IMG/VR virus record: IMGVR_UViG_3300031853_000019
Coordinates: 1 to 64,000 of that record
DNA from: a virus
Lineage: Duplodnaviria; Caudoviricetes
DNA length: 64,000 nucleotides
Strand: one strand, 5' to 3'
Every line of letters begins with the position of its first letter. Positions within the stretch are counted from its first letter, which is position 1. The notes under the pieces were generated by a model. The model was not told the DNA's origin, searched no databases, and saw nothing but the letters and a program-made list of their open reading frames with translations. The position numbers were made by a program, and so were the translations under genes. Shown here piece by piece: positions 6,894-15,449 of the stretch.

Positions 6894-7006
6894 ATGCGGG
6901 TAAGGATTTGCACCCTACATGATAAGCATTCCTACTTGTCCATTAAACGGATCTTCGTATCTTATCTAACAATAAGCCTTAGCGTTTACCTATTCCGCCA
7001 CCGCAA
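6894..7006 (-). ncRNA. tRNA-Leu-like RNA with an expanded, non-canonical central region
   Basis: TGGCGGAATAGGTAAACGC D arm, TAGGG-TGCAAAT-CCTTA T arm, TGCGG/CCGCA acceptor; about 60 nt insert, no normal anticodon arm. Confidence 0.55.
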
Positions 7007-7245
7007 ATGGTCTTTCCTAGTTATTGTCCTTCAGTCCCAACTGGCTGACAGTATAAGATAAGGGGAAAACCTCGAAGGGATTACATTGGAATGTTTCACA
7101 TCCCTTATCTTATTGGTTAAGGAGGTGGATATTTCAGACTCTCACCATTATTGATTCGTCCACTCTTCTGTTTATTGGATTTCTGTCATCTCTTAACCTT
7201 ACATATATATTATATAATAATTTTTTATAAATTTCAAATTTAAAA

Positions 7246-7318
7246 TGTGCCCGGTGGGATTTGAACCCACGATACCTGGATTAAAAGTCCAGTGCCATAA
7301 CCTCTAGGCGACGGGCAC
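7246..7318 (-). tRNA. tRNA-Lys(TTT)
   Basis: Cloverleaf; CTGGA-CTTTTAA-TCCAG. Confidence 0.93.
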
Positions 7319-7322
7319 TTAG

Positions 7323-7403
7323 TACTCCCGGTGGGACTCGAACCCACACGCTCTAAGCCTAGGATTTTAAGTCCTATATGTCTACCCATTCCATCACGGG
7401 AGC
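7323..7403 (-). tRNA. tRNA-Leu(TAA)
   Basis: Cloverleaf with long variable arm; TAGGA-CTTAAAA-TCCTA. Confidence 0.93.
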
Positions 7404-7411
7404 CTAATTAA

Positions 7412-7483
7412 TAGGGAGATTGGGACTTGAACCCAAAAGACAACCTTATCAGAGTTACATGATAACCTTTTCATCATCTCCCT
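7412..7483 (-). tRNA. tRNA-Ile(GAT)
   Basis: AGGGAGA/TCTCCCT acceptor; TAACT-CTGATAA-GGTTG (two G-U pairs). Confidence 0.8.
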
Positions 7484-7492
7484 TTAAAATAA

Positions 7493-7563
7493 CTGGGGTG
7501 CTGGGATTTGAACCCAGTCGCCAAGAGTCAAAGTCTTGTGTGCTACCTTTACACTACACCCCA
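7493..7563 (-). tRNA. tRNA-Gln(TTG)
   Basis: Cloverleaf; CAAGA-CTTTGAC-TCTTG. Confidence 0.93.
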
Positions 7564-7572
7564 ATATTAAAA

Positions 7573-7646
7573 TGGACATTCAGGGACTTGAACCCTAGAC
7601 CGATGGTTTATGAGACCATTGCTCTAACCAACTGAGCTAAATGTCC
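7573..7646 (-). tRNA. tRNA-Met/Ile2(CAT), elongator type
   Basis: Cloverleaf; ATGGT-CTCATAA-ACCAT. Confidence 0.9.
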
Positions 7647-7650
7647 ATAA

Positions 7651-7723
7651 CAGGCACCGTAGGACTTGAACCCACACCGTACAGTTTTGGAGACTGCCGT
7701 GCTACCATTTACACCAGATACCT
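7651..7723 (-). tRNA. tRNA-Trp(CCA)
   Basis: Cloverleaf; GCAGT-CTCCAAA-ACTGT. Confidence 0.9.
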
Positions 7724-7960
7724 ATAAACCCGTAAAGGGAAGTGAGTTTGAGTTATTGGCATATAAACCCTACATTCTTCTCAAAATACGCCTTTTCTAT
7801 GTCCAAAAAGAACACTTGTGTTAAATAAGCCATAGCCAGCACCAGCACCAGATTTTAACGAGTTTACTCTCGATAATGAATAAGAAACTTTTCTTCATAA
7901 ATACTTCATTTCTCATTCACTATAATTATTATATAATAATTTTTATTACTTTTCAAATAA

Positions 7961-8040
7961 TGCGGGCGGAGGGACTTGAACCCTCACGGTTTCCCACGAG
8001 TTCCTAAGGCTCGCGTGTCTGCCAATTCCACCACACCCGC
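7961..8040 (-). tRNA. tRNA-Leu(TAG)
   Basis: Cloverleaf with variable arm; CGAGC-CTTAGGA-ACTCG. Confidence 0.92.
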
Positions 8041-8045
8041 ATAAG

Positions 8046-8131
8046 CGCCGTGTAAAGGACTCGAACCTCTACTACCGTTAAGTAGACTACGGTTTTCAAG
8101 ACCGCTGCAATACCAATTCTGCCAACACGGC
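8046..8131 (-). tRNA. tRNA-Ser(TGA)
   Basis: Long variable arm; GCGGT-CTTGAAA-ACCGT. Confidence 0.92.
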
Positions 8132-8135
8132 ATAG

Positions 8136-8219
8136 CGCCACCACCGCGACTCGAACGCAGACAGCCGTTAAGCTGGACTCCTTAGCAGGGAGCTAGGATA
8201 CCTATTACCTCATAGTGGC
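8136..8219 (-). tRNA. tRNA-Ser(GCT)
   Basis: Long variable arm; GCTCC-CTGCTAA-GGAGT. Confidence 0.88.
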
Positions 8220-8330
8220 TTTTTTATTTTGATATTTTTTAACTTTTGTATAGAGATGTTTGTTAGCATAAAATAAATCTAACATATTGAAAATATCTTG
8301 AATTGTTTTCATATATTATCTCCTTTCAAA

Positions 8331-8404
8331 TACGAGCGGTGGGGATCGAACCCACATAAAGCAGGTTTAGAAGACCTGTGCCTATCCAATTGGGCGACGC
8401 CCGT
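8331..8404 (-). tRNA. tRNA-Arg(TCT)
   Basis: Cloverleaf; CAGGT-CTTCTAA-ACCTG. Confidence 0.92.
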
Positions 8405-8410
8405 AGATAA

Positions 8411-8484
8411 TAGATCCCAAGGGACTCGAACCCTCAACCTTTTCGTTCGTAGCGAACTGCTCTATTCCATTGAGCTAAGGATCT
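8411..8484 (-). tRNA. tRNA-Arg(ACG)
   Basis: Cloverleaf; GTTCG-CTACGAA-CGAAA. Confidence 0.9.
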
Positions 8485-8488
8485 ATAG

Positions 8489-8560
8489 TACCGACAGAGG
8501 GACTTGAACCCACAACTTCTTCCTTGTAAGGGAAGCACTCTCCCATTGAGTTATGTCGGT
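8489..8560 (-). tRNA. tRNA-Val(TAC)
   Basis: Cloverleaf; CTTCC-CTTACAA-GGAAG. Confidence 0.92.
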
Positions 8561-8564
8561 ATAG

Positions 8565-8647
8565 TGGGCAGGGATGGACTCGAACCATCGGTGTTTCTAA
8601 TGTAACAGATTTACAGTCTGCCGCCTTCGCCACTAGGCTACCTACCC
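8565..8647 (-). tRNA. tRNA-Tyr(GTA)
   Basis: Variable arm; GCAGA-CTGTAAA-TCTGT. Confidence 0.93.
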
Positions 8648-8879
8648 TTATACATAGTTTCTCTGCCTGTTTAGTTTTAGGTCGTCTCTGCCTTCAGAAA
8701 CTATGAAACCCTGTTTTGACGACCACAATGCGCGAGCACAACCTCGCTAGTAGGGGTCTATCCCCTAGAGTTCCCCGCCGTAACGCCGCAGGTAGTGGGA
8801 CTTAGATCTAACTCCTCGATAAAGTTTTTATTTATTTCTTAACTTTATGTATATATTATATAAAAAATTTTTATAAAAA

Positions 8880-9506
8880 TCAATATTCCGCATTAAGAGC
8901 TTGTATTTCATCCATCATTAAACCATATAACTCTTTATTACTTGGTATATATGGATAGAATATAGTGCTATCAGCTTTGTAAGTATCTTCTAAAATAATC
9001 ATTGGTGACCATACAAGATTATTAACTGTTTGACCTTCACATATTCTTAATGTAACTTTAAAAGAAGCTGGCTGATAAAGTTCTAAAACATCTCCTAAAC
9101 CAGTGTCAAGAAATTCAGCTGATAAAGTTGATTGATAAGCCGCACAATATGTACTTGAGCTACCTCCACTAGGACATAATTTAACAAACCATTTTCCGTT
9201 AAGATCAATAGTATAATCAGTATCATATCCGCTATGCGCAGTTCCATCAGGACTTGTTAAAACAAATTCTGAATTACCGCCTGAACAAGTACCATTAGCA
9301 GTAACCGTTCCCGCCATATGATCAACGACCCATGTAATACCATTATTTGTGTAGGTGGTTACATTTAAAGGTAATGGACATTTATTAATATTACCATTAT
9401 CCATATTGTTTTTCCAAGAAATATAACTTTTAAACTTCCCACCAATCTCACCAACAATAGTTTCTGCATCTCCATAAGCTACAAAATTTTTTCTATCATT
9501 TGACAC
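8880..9506 (-). CDS. hypothetical beta-rich virion-type protein
   Basis: ORF track; N-terminus (NFVAYGDAETIVGEIG.KF) resembles that of the neighbouring ORF. Confidence 0.6.
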   Translation of the reverse strand: MSNDRKNFVAYGDAETIVGEIGGKFKSYISWKNNMDNGNINKCPLPLNVTTYTNNGITWVVDHMAGTVTANGTCSGGNSEFVLTSPDGTAHSGYDTDYTIDLNGKWFVKLCPSGGSSSTYCAAYQSTLSAEFLDTGLGDVLELYQPASFKVTLRICEGQTVNNLVWSPMIILEDTYKADSTIFYPYIPSNKELYGLMMDEIQALNAEY

Positions 9507-9542
9507 TTTTTATTCTCCTTTCTTTAAATTTTTTATATAAAA

Positions 9543-10244
9543 TTAATCAAGAAGAGCAAGAAGTGCATTAATCTGCTCTGTTGTTAAGCTCTCAGGCTCT
9601 GCTTCTGCAATAAGGTCAGCGATATTCTTCTTATCAACTTCAGTAGCATCCCAAGGATCATTTGCTGTATGAGCAGTTTTAAACTTATAAAGTTCATTAT
9701 TATAAACAACAATATCACCAATAGCATAAGCCTGTGTATCATCGAATTCATCAGCAATCATAGCTTCGATTTCTTCAGTGATTGCAGATACATCTGAGAA
9801 GCCTGCACATACATCAAACTTATAGATTGCGGTAACAACTTTCTCATAATAAGTTGTACCTTGAACAACAATAGTATCTTCAGTAAGAATATATTCTCCT
9901 GCGTGATCAGGATCTTCCACATACCAGCCTTCCTCAGAAGGATTCTCCTTTCCCGTAGGAGTTACTTCATTATAAGATGTAGTAGATACATCTGCAATAG
10001 CAATATCTGTTCCAGCGGGAAAAGTCTTAGGACTAAGTGGATCATATTCTACGAATCTATTGTCAATAGTGAATTCATTAGTAACATTATATACATTACC
10101 AACCATTGATTTGGTTAAAACTGCGGGCAGGTTTGCAAAAGTGCTAGAACCTCTAAAGACAAAAGCGCCTTCAACAGTTTCAAATTTTTCACCAATTTTA
10201 CGCATTAAAGCTTGCGCATTATTATAAGAAACAAAATTTCCCAT
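9543..10244 (-). CDS. putative virion protein with CBM5/12-like repeat
   Basis: FDDTQAYAIGDIVVYNNELYKFKTAHT...W motif. Confidence 0.6.
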   Translation of the reverse strand: MGNFVSYNNAQALMRKIGEKFETVEGAFVFRGSSTFANLPAVLTKSMVGNVYNVTNEFTIDNRFVEYDPLSPKTFPAGTDIAIADVSTTSYNEVTPTGKENPSEEGWYVEDPDHAGEYILTEDTIVVQGTTYYEKVVTAIYKFDVCAGFSDVSAITEEIEAMIADEFDDTQAYAIGDIVVYNNELYKFKTAHTANDPWDATEVDKKNIADLIAEAEPESLTTEQINALLALLD

Positions 10245-10258
10245 TGTTTAATTCCTCC

Positions 10259-10948
10259 TTATATAAGGTCTAATAATTGCGTCATCTGTTGCTCAGTTAA
10301 CGCTTCAATATTTTCTTGCGCCCCAATATTCTCCCACTCATACAAACCAGGAGTGGATGTTTCAGTACAAGTATAAAAATAGCCTTTAGTAAAGTTTTGA
10401 GTTGTATCCCCAATGTACTGAACAATTTTAGTGCTATATGTACTACTTGCCGCGGGCATAGTTGAATACTGAGCAGTATATCTTTGCGGTATCCAATTTG
10501 TACCATCCCAAAGATAGAAGAATCCATCCTCTATTGAGTAGTATAATTTTCTATCTATTGAACTAAAACCAGAAGGTAGTAAAGTTGCATTTTCAACGAT
10601 ACTATAATCGCCATCTGCGACGCCACCAATCTTATCCCATTTTGCGGGATTAAATACTGCATCGCTATTTGCGGTTTTACAAGTATAAAAGTTTAAAGCA
10701 TAAAGAGCTAAATCTCCAACTTTATAACTTTCACCTGATTCCCAAGTATATATTGGAGTTCCATCAAGAACTGTTATTTCAGTTTCTTCAGTTGTTCCGC
10801 TATATCCTTTCCATTCAAATACTATTTTAGTCCGACCATTCTCATGAACAGCAGACTTAATAGTACATGGAGATCCTTTTACCGCACCTAGCGCATCAGC
10901 AGTTTTATCAGTATATTTTTTTGCTAAAGCATAAGTAACAATATCCAA
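10259..10948 (-). CDS. putative virion protein with CBM5/12-like repeat
   Basis: WESGESYKVGDLALYALNFYTCKTAN...W motif; C-terminus similar to previous ORF (EALTEQQ/ESLTTEQ). Confidence 0.6.
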   Translation of the reverse strand: MDIVTYALAKKYTDKTADALGAVKGSPCTIKSAVHENGRTKIVFEWKGYSGTTEETEITVLDGTPIYTWESGESYKVGDLALYALNFYTCKTANSDAVFNPAKWDKIGGVADGDYSIVENATLLPSGFSSIDRKLYYSIEDGFFYLWDGTNWIPQRYTAQYSTMPAASSTYSTKIVQYIGDTTQNFTKGYFYTCTETSTPGLYEWENIGAQENIEALTEQQMTQLLDLI

Positions 10949-10972
10949 TGGAGAACCTCCCCTCTTTATTTA

Positions 10973-11155
10973 TTATATTTCATGCCAATGCTTATCATTT
11001 CCAAGCATCCATACAGAAGAATCTTCTATTACAAAAACAGTGGAGCCGCTGCCATATGTAGTAGGGATAGTCTCTACTTCATCTCTTGCATCAGCTACTA
11101 TCTCTATAATATCAGAGCTTATTTCATTACCAGTTTTACTAACTCTATATGCCAT
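10973..11155 (-). CDS. small hypothetical protein, similar to 492..695
   Basis: ORF track; AAGGAGG RBS before MAYRV. Confidence 0.7.
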   Translation of the reverse strand: MAYRVSKTGNEISSDIIEIVADARDEVETIPTTYGSGSTVFVIEDSSVWMLGNDKHWHEI

Positions 11156-11243
11156 ATTGATCATCCTCCTTTAAAGAATTTTCTTCCATATATAATATGA
11201 AAACTCTAAAAAGAAACATAACCATTTTTGTCCAAAAAAATAA

Positions 11244-11266
11244 AGCACCTCTATTATAGAGGTGCT
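11244..11266 (-). terminator. terminator after tRNA-Gly
   Basis: AGCACCTCT/AGAGGTGCT followed by T-run on minus strand. Confidence 0.7.
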
Positions 11267-11269
11267 ATA

Positions 11270-11341
11270 AGCCCGTAGTGGGAATCGAACCCACTTCTCC
11301 TCGTTGGAAGCGAGGAATTCTAGCCGGTAAACTATACGGAC
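11270..11341 (-). tRNA. tRNA-Gly(TCC)
   Basis: Cloverleaf; CCTCG-CTTCCAA-CGAGG. Confidence 0.92.
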
Positions 11342-11370
11342 ATAGCGGGCAACCTAGGTTACCCGTAACT

Positions 11371-11511
11371 TTAAGCGGCGGTAGCCGCTAATGTTTGAAT
11401 TTCTACTAGATCAAATCTACCACGAATAAAGTTGACTTCTGCCATACTGGTAACAAAAGCCATATGTTTCTTATAAAAATCATCAATATAAATTACCATA
11501 TACTTTTTCAT
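11371..11511 (-). CDS. 46-aa microprotein ending in ...LAATAA (below ORF-track cutoff)
   Basis: Manual translation MKKYMVIYIDDFYKKH...; AAGGAGG RBS; own promoter at 11549-11577. Confidence 0.65.
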   Translation of the reverse strand: MKKYMVIYIDDFYKKHMAFVTSMAEVNFIRGRFDLVEIQTLAATAA

Positions 11512-11580
11512 AAAAATCCTCCTTTATTCGTTCACATTTGTTATATATATTATATAACAAATTTTTATAAAAATCAAATT

Positions 11581-12510
11581 TTACCAATCTGTGTAAACAT
11601 CAATTAATCCTGTTCTACTACCATCAGGACTAACATGATCGTAGACTACTGCTTTGCCAAATGGTGTGTCAACTTCTGCACCATAATCCATGCCGTCAAT
11701 AGCAACACAAATTCTTCCATCACCATCACATACAAAGCCATCTTCGTTTACATGGCGGCCAGGGATAGATAAGCCTTCGCCTGGTAATGCTCTCTGGCTA
11801 TACCAAGTATAATCATATGAACCATCATTGGCTCTGCCCTGTGAGCGGAAAGGATGGTCATAACCACTTCCCGCTTCATAAGATACACTATAATCTGTGT
11901 TAGTGTAAATTACTACTGGCTCATCTACCAAGAACTCGCCCCATGCAAAATAAAGGCTGCCGCCCGCATCAATAAGATCCCATCCATTTTCAGAGATGCC
12001 TACTACTTTTACTTCTTCATTAGTTCCAAGAATAATAGTAGGTTCAACTTCCATATTTGGAGCTTCTCTTAGGTACAAGTCTGTTGATGCGTATTTAGTT
12101 TTATCAACAATAGGTGCATACCATGATACACTTCCAGACAGGTTTGATACATAATATGCGTCATTCTTCTTCTCTATTCTATAAATTGTTGCCTTGTTAT
12201 AACTGGTCTGATTAGAAACATCAAAACCATTGTCTGTTCTATCTGCAAAAATCTCATCTGCGGTTTTGTGCAGTTGAGCTGGTGTCAAAGTTACATCTGT
12301 TACTGTTGCCACTTCAATAGAAGCATTAGCATCAGTAGCTGTTGCGGCATCTGCATCTGTTGCAGTTGCATTAGTCATCGTTGCATCTGAAGGTGTTGCA
12401 ATACCCGCTTCTTTTTCGTTTGCTATCGCAAATGTTGCGCATAATACTCCAAAAAAACAAAGTGCTACTAAAATAATAGTTGCAACTAACCTACCTATAA
12501 ATTCTTTCAT
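11581..12510 (-). CDS. secreted cell-wall protein: signal peptide, ATxxDA repeats, SH3b, 3D-like C-terminal domain
   Basis: MKEFIGRLVATIILVALCFFG...; YASTDLYLREAP...GWDLI; C-terminal VYDH...IDVY. Confidence 0.65.
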   Translation of the reverse strand: MKEFIGRLVATIILVALCFFGVLCATFAIANEKEAGIATPSDATMTNATATDADAATATDANASIEVATVTDVTLTPAQLHKTADEIFADRTDNGFDVSNQTSYNKATIYRIEKKNDAYYVSNLSGSVSWYAPIVDKTKYASTDLYLREAPNMEVEPTIILGTNEEVKVVGISENGWDLIDAGGSLYFAWGEFLVDEPVVIYTNTDYSVSYEAGSGYDHPFRSQGRANDGSYDYTWYSQRALPGEGLSIPGRHVNEDGFVCDGDGRICVAIDGMDYGAEVDTPFGKAVVYDHVSPDGSRTGLIDVYTDW

Positions 12511-12602
12511 TGTTATTTTCTCCTTTTTCTTTTTAATGTTCCATAGAATAAACAAAACTTATTAAGGAACCTATATAAGAAAAATATCGAAAAACGCTGA
12601 AA

Positions 12603-12872
12603 TTATTTTCTTTTTGTGCATTTTTCCCAGTATTGTAGATATTCTTCTAAAGTTTCTTTGGGATCATCTTTTGTATGCTCCCAATCTTTTATTGCTTGAT
12701 CTTTTGTCCATATCCAACACCAATCAGATATATTCCAAGATTCAAAGCATTTTCTATATGAACCACCATTGGGAATGTCTAATATATGACGGACTTTTTT
12801 GTTTGCATACCGCTTTACATATTTATTTGCGGGTTGCTTGCAAACAGGAAATTTCTTATAACTTCTACTCAT
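12603..12872 (-). CDS. hypothetical phage protein
   Basis: ORF track, RBS. Confidence 0.7.
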   Translation of the reverse strand: MSRSYKKFPVCKQPANKYVKRYANKKVRHILDIPNGGSYRKCFESWNISDWCWIWTKDQAIKDWEHTKDDPKETLEEYLQYWEKCTKRK

Positions 12873-12928
12873 AATTAAACACTCCTTTCTGTATGGTTAT
12901 TTATTTTATTTTTTTCGCTTAATGGATT

Positions 12929-13231
12929 TTACTGAAATGCCCAATGATTGTTTCGCGCTTGCTTATTAATCCACAAAACATATCTATGGCAATCGGCATA
13001 GTTCTTCCAAGTATAAGTTAATAATGACTTACCATTATTTGCATTAGGGTAGAATACAAAATCAGTCGCATTAAACTCATTCTTGAGTTTTAAGATCCAT
13101 TCTTCAAGAGATAAACCTAATAATCGGGCGGGGATATACCATAAGTTACTATCATGGGCGAGGTCAGACTGGTCTCCCGCATGCCACATGCCAGTTGGAC
13201 TCTGCCATTCTTCAACCTTATAGATTCTCAT
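12929..13231 (-). CDS. hypothetical phage protein
   Basis: ORF track, AGGAGG RBS. Confidence 0.7.
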   Translation of the reverse strand: MRIYKVEEWQSPTGMWHAGDQSDLAHDSNLWYIPARLLGLSLEEWILKLKNEFNATDFVFYPNANNGKSLLTYTWKNYADCHRYVLWINKQARNNHWAFQ

Positions 13232-13249
13232 AGTATATCCCTCCTTTTA

Positions 13250-13543
13250 TTATAATCCTAACTTACTAAGTAAATCTGCGATATTCTGCTTCTCTTCTGC
13301 AGTAGGCTGTGAAACCTCCTCCGTTGAAAAAGCAGATGCGGGAGCTGTCACCTCATTCTGCACGGGGGCGCCGTCGCCGCCAACATTAACCTTAGCACAG
13401 GTAAGGGCAACCTTAATCTCTACTCGCTCACCATCTTCATTCATAGGTACGCGAAGCTCCTTACCATATACAAATGCTCCATCAAACATTTCAAGGATCT
13501 TGTCCATTACAATCTGTTTTGATACTGCACCTCTTGCTGCCAT
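13250..13543 (-). CDS. hypothetical phage protein
   Basis: ORF track, AAGGAG RBS. Confidence 0.7.
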   Translation of the reverse strand: MAARGAVSKQIVMDKILEMFDGAFVYGKELRVPMNEDGERVEIKVALTCAKVNVGGDGAPVQNEVTAPASAFSTEEVSQPTAEEKQNIADLLSKLGL

Positions 13544-13588
13544 TCTTATCACTCCTTTATCTTTTGTAAATATATTATATCAAAATTT

Positions 13589-14425
13589 TTATTTGTTTTC
13601 AATCTCATTAAGTTTTTGTGCAGCATTTTCAAGTTTCTTTGCAAAGTATGTCATAGTACCACATAAGGTGCATCCGCTTCCTGTAACACATCTCTTCCTA
13701 CAATCTAATCTATGCTTGCCGAAATCTCCAGGGAGTGCTTGATTATTAAACTCTTCATCAAGTCCAATAATAATCTCATTAAGATTACCAACCCATTTCT
13801 TTTCAGAATAAGTTTTAAACATAACTTCTTGTGCTTCTGCTCCGCCAAAGAACTCAATACCATTCAGATATTCACTATACAGATCCACATCCTCAGGTCT
13901 AATATAAAAGCTCCTAGCTGTATCATCATCATACCAAGGTTTCCCGCAATAGTTAGCGAATGCCCGCAACTTAGTTCCTTTTCTGTCACATATCTTCTTT
14001 ACTGCGGGGAGGTTAAAACCAAGAAACCCGCCAACATAAATCTCATTTACTCTAATGCAATTAACCATATAGTCCAATTCTTCCCACGAACTAATAATCT
14101 CACTAAAGCAATAAGTGTGACAACAATCTTTTAATGCTTTAATCTTTGTATTAATGCTATCTTTATCTTGCGATTTAATTACATCGGTGAACCTTGTAAT
14201 TAAAGTCCAATTATCGCCAGCCTTTTCTTTCAAATCCCGCAGATAATTAACTGCTTCTCTATCTGAATATAAATACACATCCGCCGCGTCAAGATAAATA
14301 TGCTTATTTGGATTTCTATTGATAAACCCAATAAGTGTATCATCAGATGGATTATATTTTACTCTAATCTGTTGCGCTTCTTCTATACAATCCATATTTG
14401 GTTTAAGATAATTAATACATAACAT
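13589..14425 (-). CDS. hypothetical, possibly U32-family-like with C-terminal 4-Cys cluster
   Basis: FYIRPEDVDLY..IEF segment; RLDCRKRC...CTLC. Confidence 0.4.
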   Translation of the reverse strand: MLCINYLKPNMDCIEEAQQIRVKYNPSDDTLIGFINRNPNKHIYLDAADVYLYSDREAVNYLRDLKEKAGDNWTLITRFTDVIKSQDKDSINTKIKALKDCCHTYCFSEIISSWEELDYMVNCIRVNEIYVGGFLGFNLPAVKKICDRKGTKLRAFANYCGKPWYDDDTARSFYIRPEDVDLYSEYLNGIEFFGGAEAQEVMFKTYSEKKWVGNLNEIIIGLDEEFNNQALPGDFGKHRLDCRKRCVTGSGCTLCGTMTYFAKKLENAAQKLNEIENK

Positions 14426-14497
14426 AATGATTCTCCTTAAATAGCAATAGAGTAGCAGAATTTTTGCATCCTGCTACTCTGATTTGCTTTTGTTTAA

Positions 14498-14914
14498 TTA
14501 CTCCTCAACAGGAGCATCCTTTGTGTAGGCTACTACCTTACGACCATCCTCGGTCTTTACATTTACCTTGTAAACACGACCTTCCTTAGCAAGCTGGGAT
14601 GCTCTGTAAGTAACCTTTGCTCTGGTGACATCCTCGATATCGCTGTTTGCTTCTACGATGGATGCAATCTCCTCTGCGGTAATGGCTCCGTCTGCATTAA
14701 AGATAGCTTCAGCTACTGCTCCGCCAAGTGCGTCGCCCTGAGCCTTCTTCTCTGCTCTCTTAGCCTTCTCCTTCTCGTTCTTAGCATCAATAGCTGCGAT
14801 CTGAGCGTCGATAAACTCAACATACTCTGCAACATCTGCTTCGTCAAAATTCTCTACAAGTGTAGCCTTGATGCCTTCAAACATCTCTCTCTTAGTAATC
14901 TTCTTCTCTGCCAT
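14498..14914 (-). CDS. winged-helix DNA-binding protein, paralog family member 1
   Basis: KKITKRE...FIDAQIAAIDAKN...ITAEEIA...VTRAKVTYRASQL. Confidence 0.65.
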   Translation of the reverse strand: MAEKKITKREMFEGIKATLVENFDEADVAEYVEFIDAQIAAIDAKNEKEKAKRAEKKAQGDALGGAVAEAIFNADGAITAEEIASIVEANSDIEDVTRAKVTYRASQLAKEGRVYKVNVKTEDGRKVVAYTKDAPVEE

Positions 14915-15006
14915 AATGACATTCTCCTTTTCTCTCTAAAAAACAATTTTTATCTTTACTGTAAGTTCATTATATCAAAAATTTTTAAGTTTTTCAAGTG
15001 GCGGAA

Positions 15007-15372
15007 CTACTCCGCCACCTTATAGGACATGATCTTGCGGGAACCCACTTTGACCTTTTCCTTAACGATTGTGCCATCCTCAATAAGAGGACGGATATGG
15101 TAAACTACCTGAGCAGAAGTAACCTCATTGCCGATACCTGCTACAAGTTCTGCAAGAGTAATTGCTCTGCCCGCATCAGTGAGCACATCTACTGCATGAA
15201 TCTGAATCATGCTAGCGATCTCGCTCTTCTTCTCTGCGCGCTTCTCCTGTGCCTTAGTATTGCGGGCATCAATAGCCGCAATCTGTGCATCAATGAACGC
15301 AACCTGTGCAGGATCAGTTACCATAGCCTTAATTTCGTTGTAAAAGTCTCTCTTTGTCTTTCTCATAGTCAT
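15007..15372 (-). CDS. winged-helix DNA-binding protein, paralog family member 2
   Basis: KTKRD...FIDAQIAAIDARN...ITLAELV...VTSAQVVYHIRPL. Confidence 0.65.
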   Translation of the reverse strand: MTMRKTKRDFYNEIKAMVTDPAQVAFIDAQIAAIDARNTKAQEKRAEKKSEIASMIQIHAVDVLTDAGRAITLAELVAGIGNEVTSAQVVYHIRPLIEDGTIVKEKVKVGSRKIMSYKVAE

Positions 15373-15449
15373 CTACCTCTTCCTTTCAAATGTGGTTTCT
15401 TTGTTTCTTTCTGTATATATTATATAAAAAATTTTGTAACTTTTCAAAT

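Noticed and set aside
7420-8507. ORFs 6813-7061, 7420-7635 and 8298-8507 on the plus strand
   Set aside because: They lie antisense to tRNA or tRNA-like genes and are artefacts of their GC-rich sequence
6568-8724. HDV-like (theta) ribozymes at tRNA ends
   Set aside because: The pseudoknots lack a clear P3/L3 with P1.1 GG:CC and a G1:U cleavage-site pair; kept only as unassigned pseudoknots
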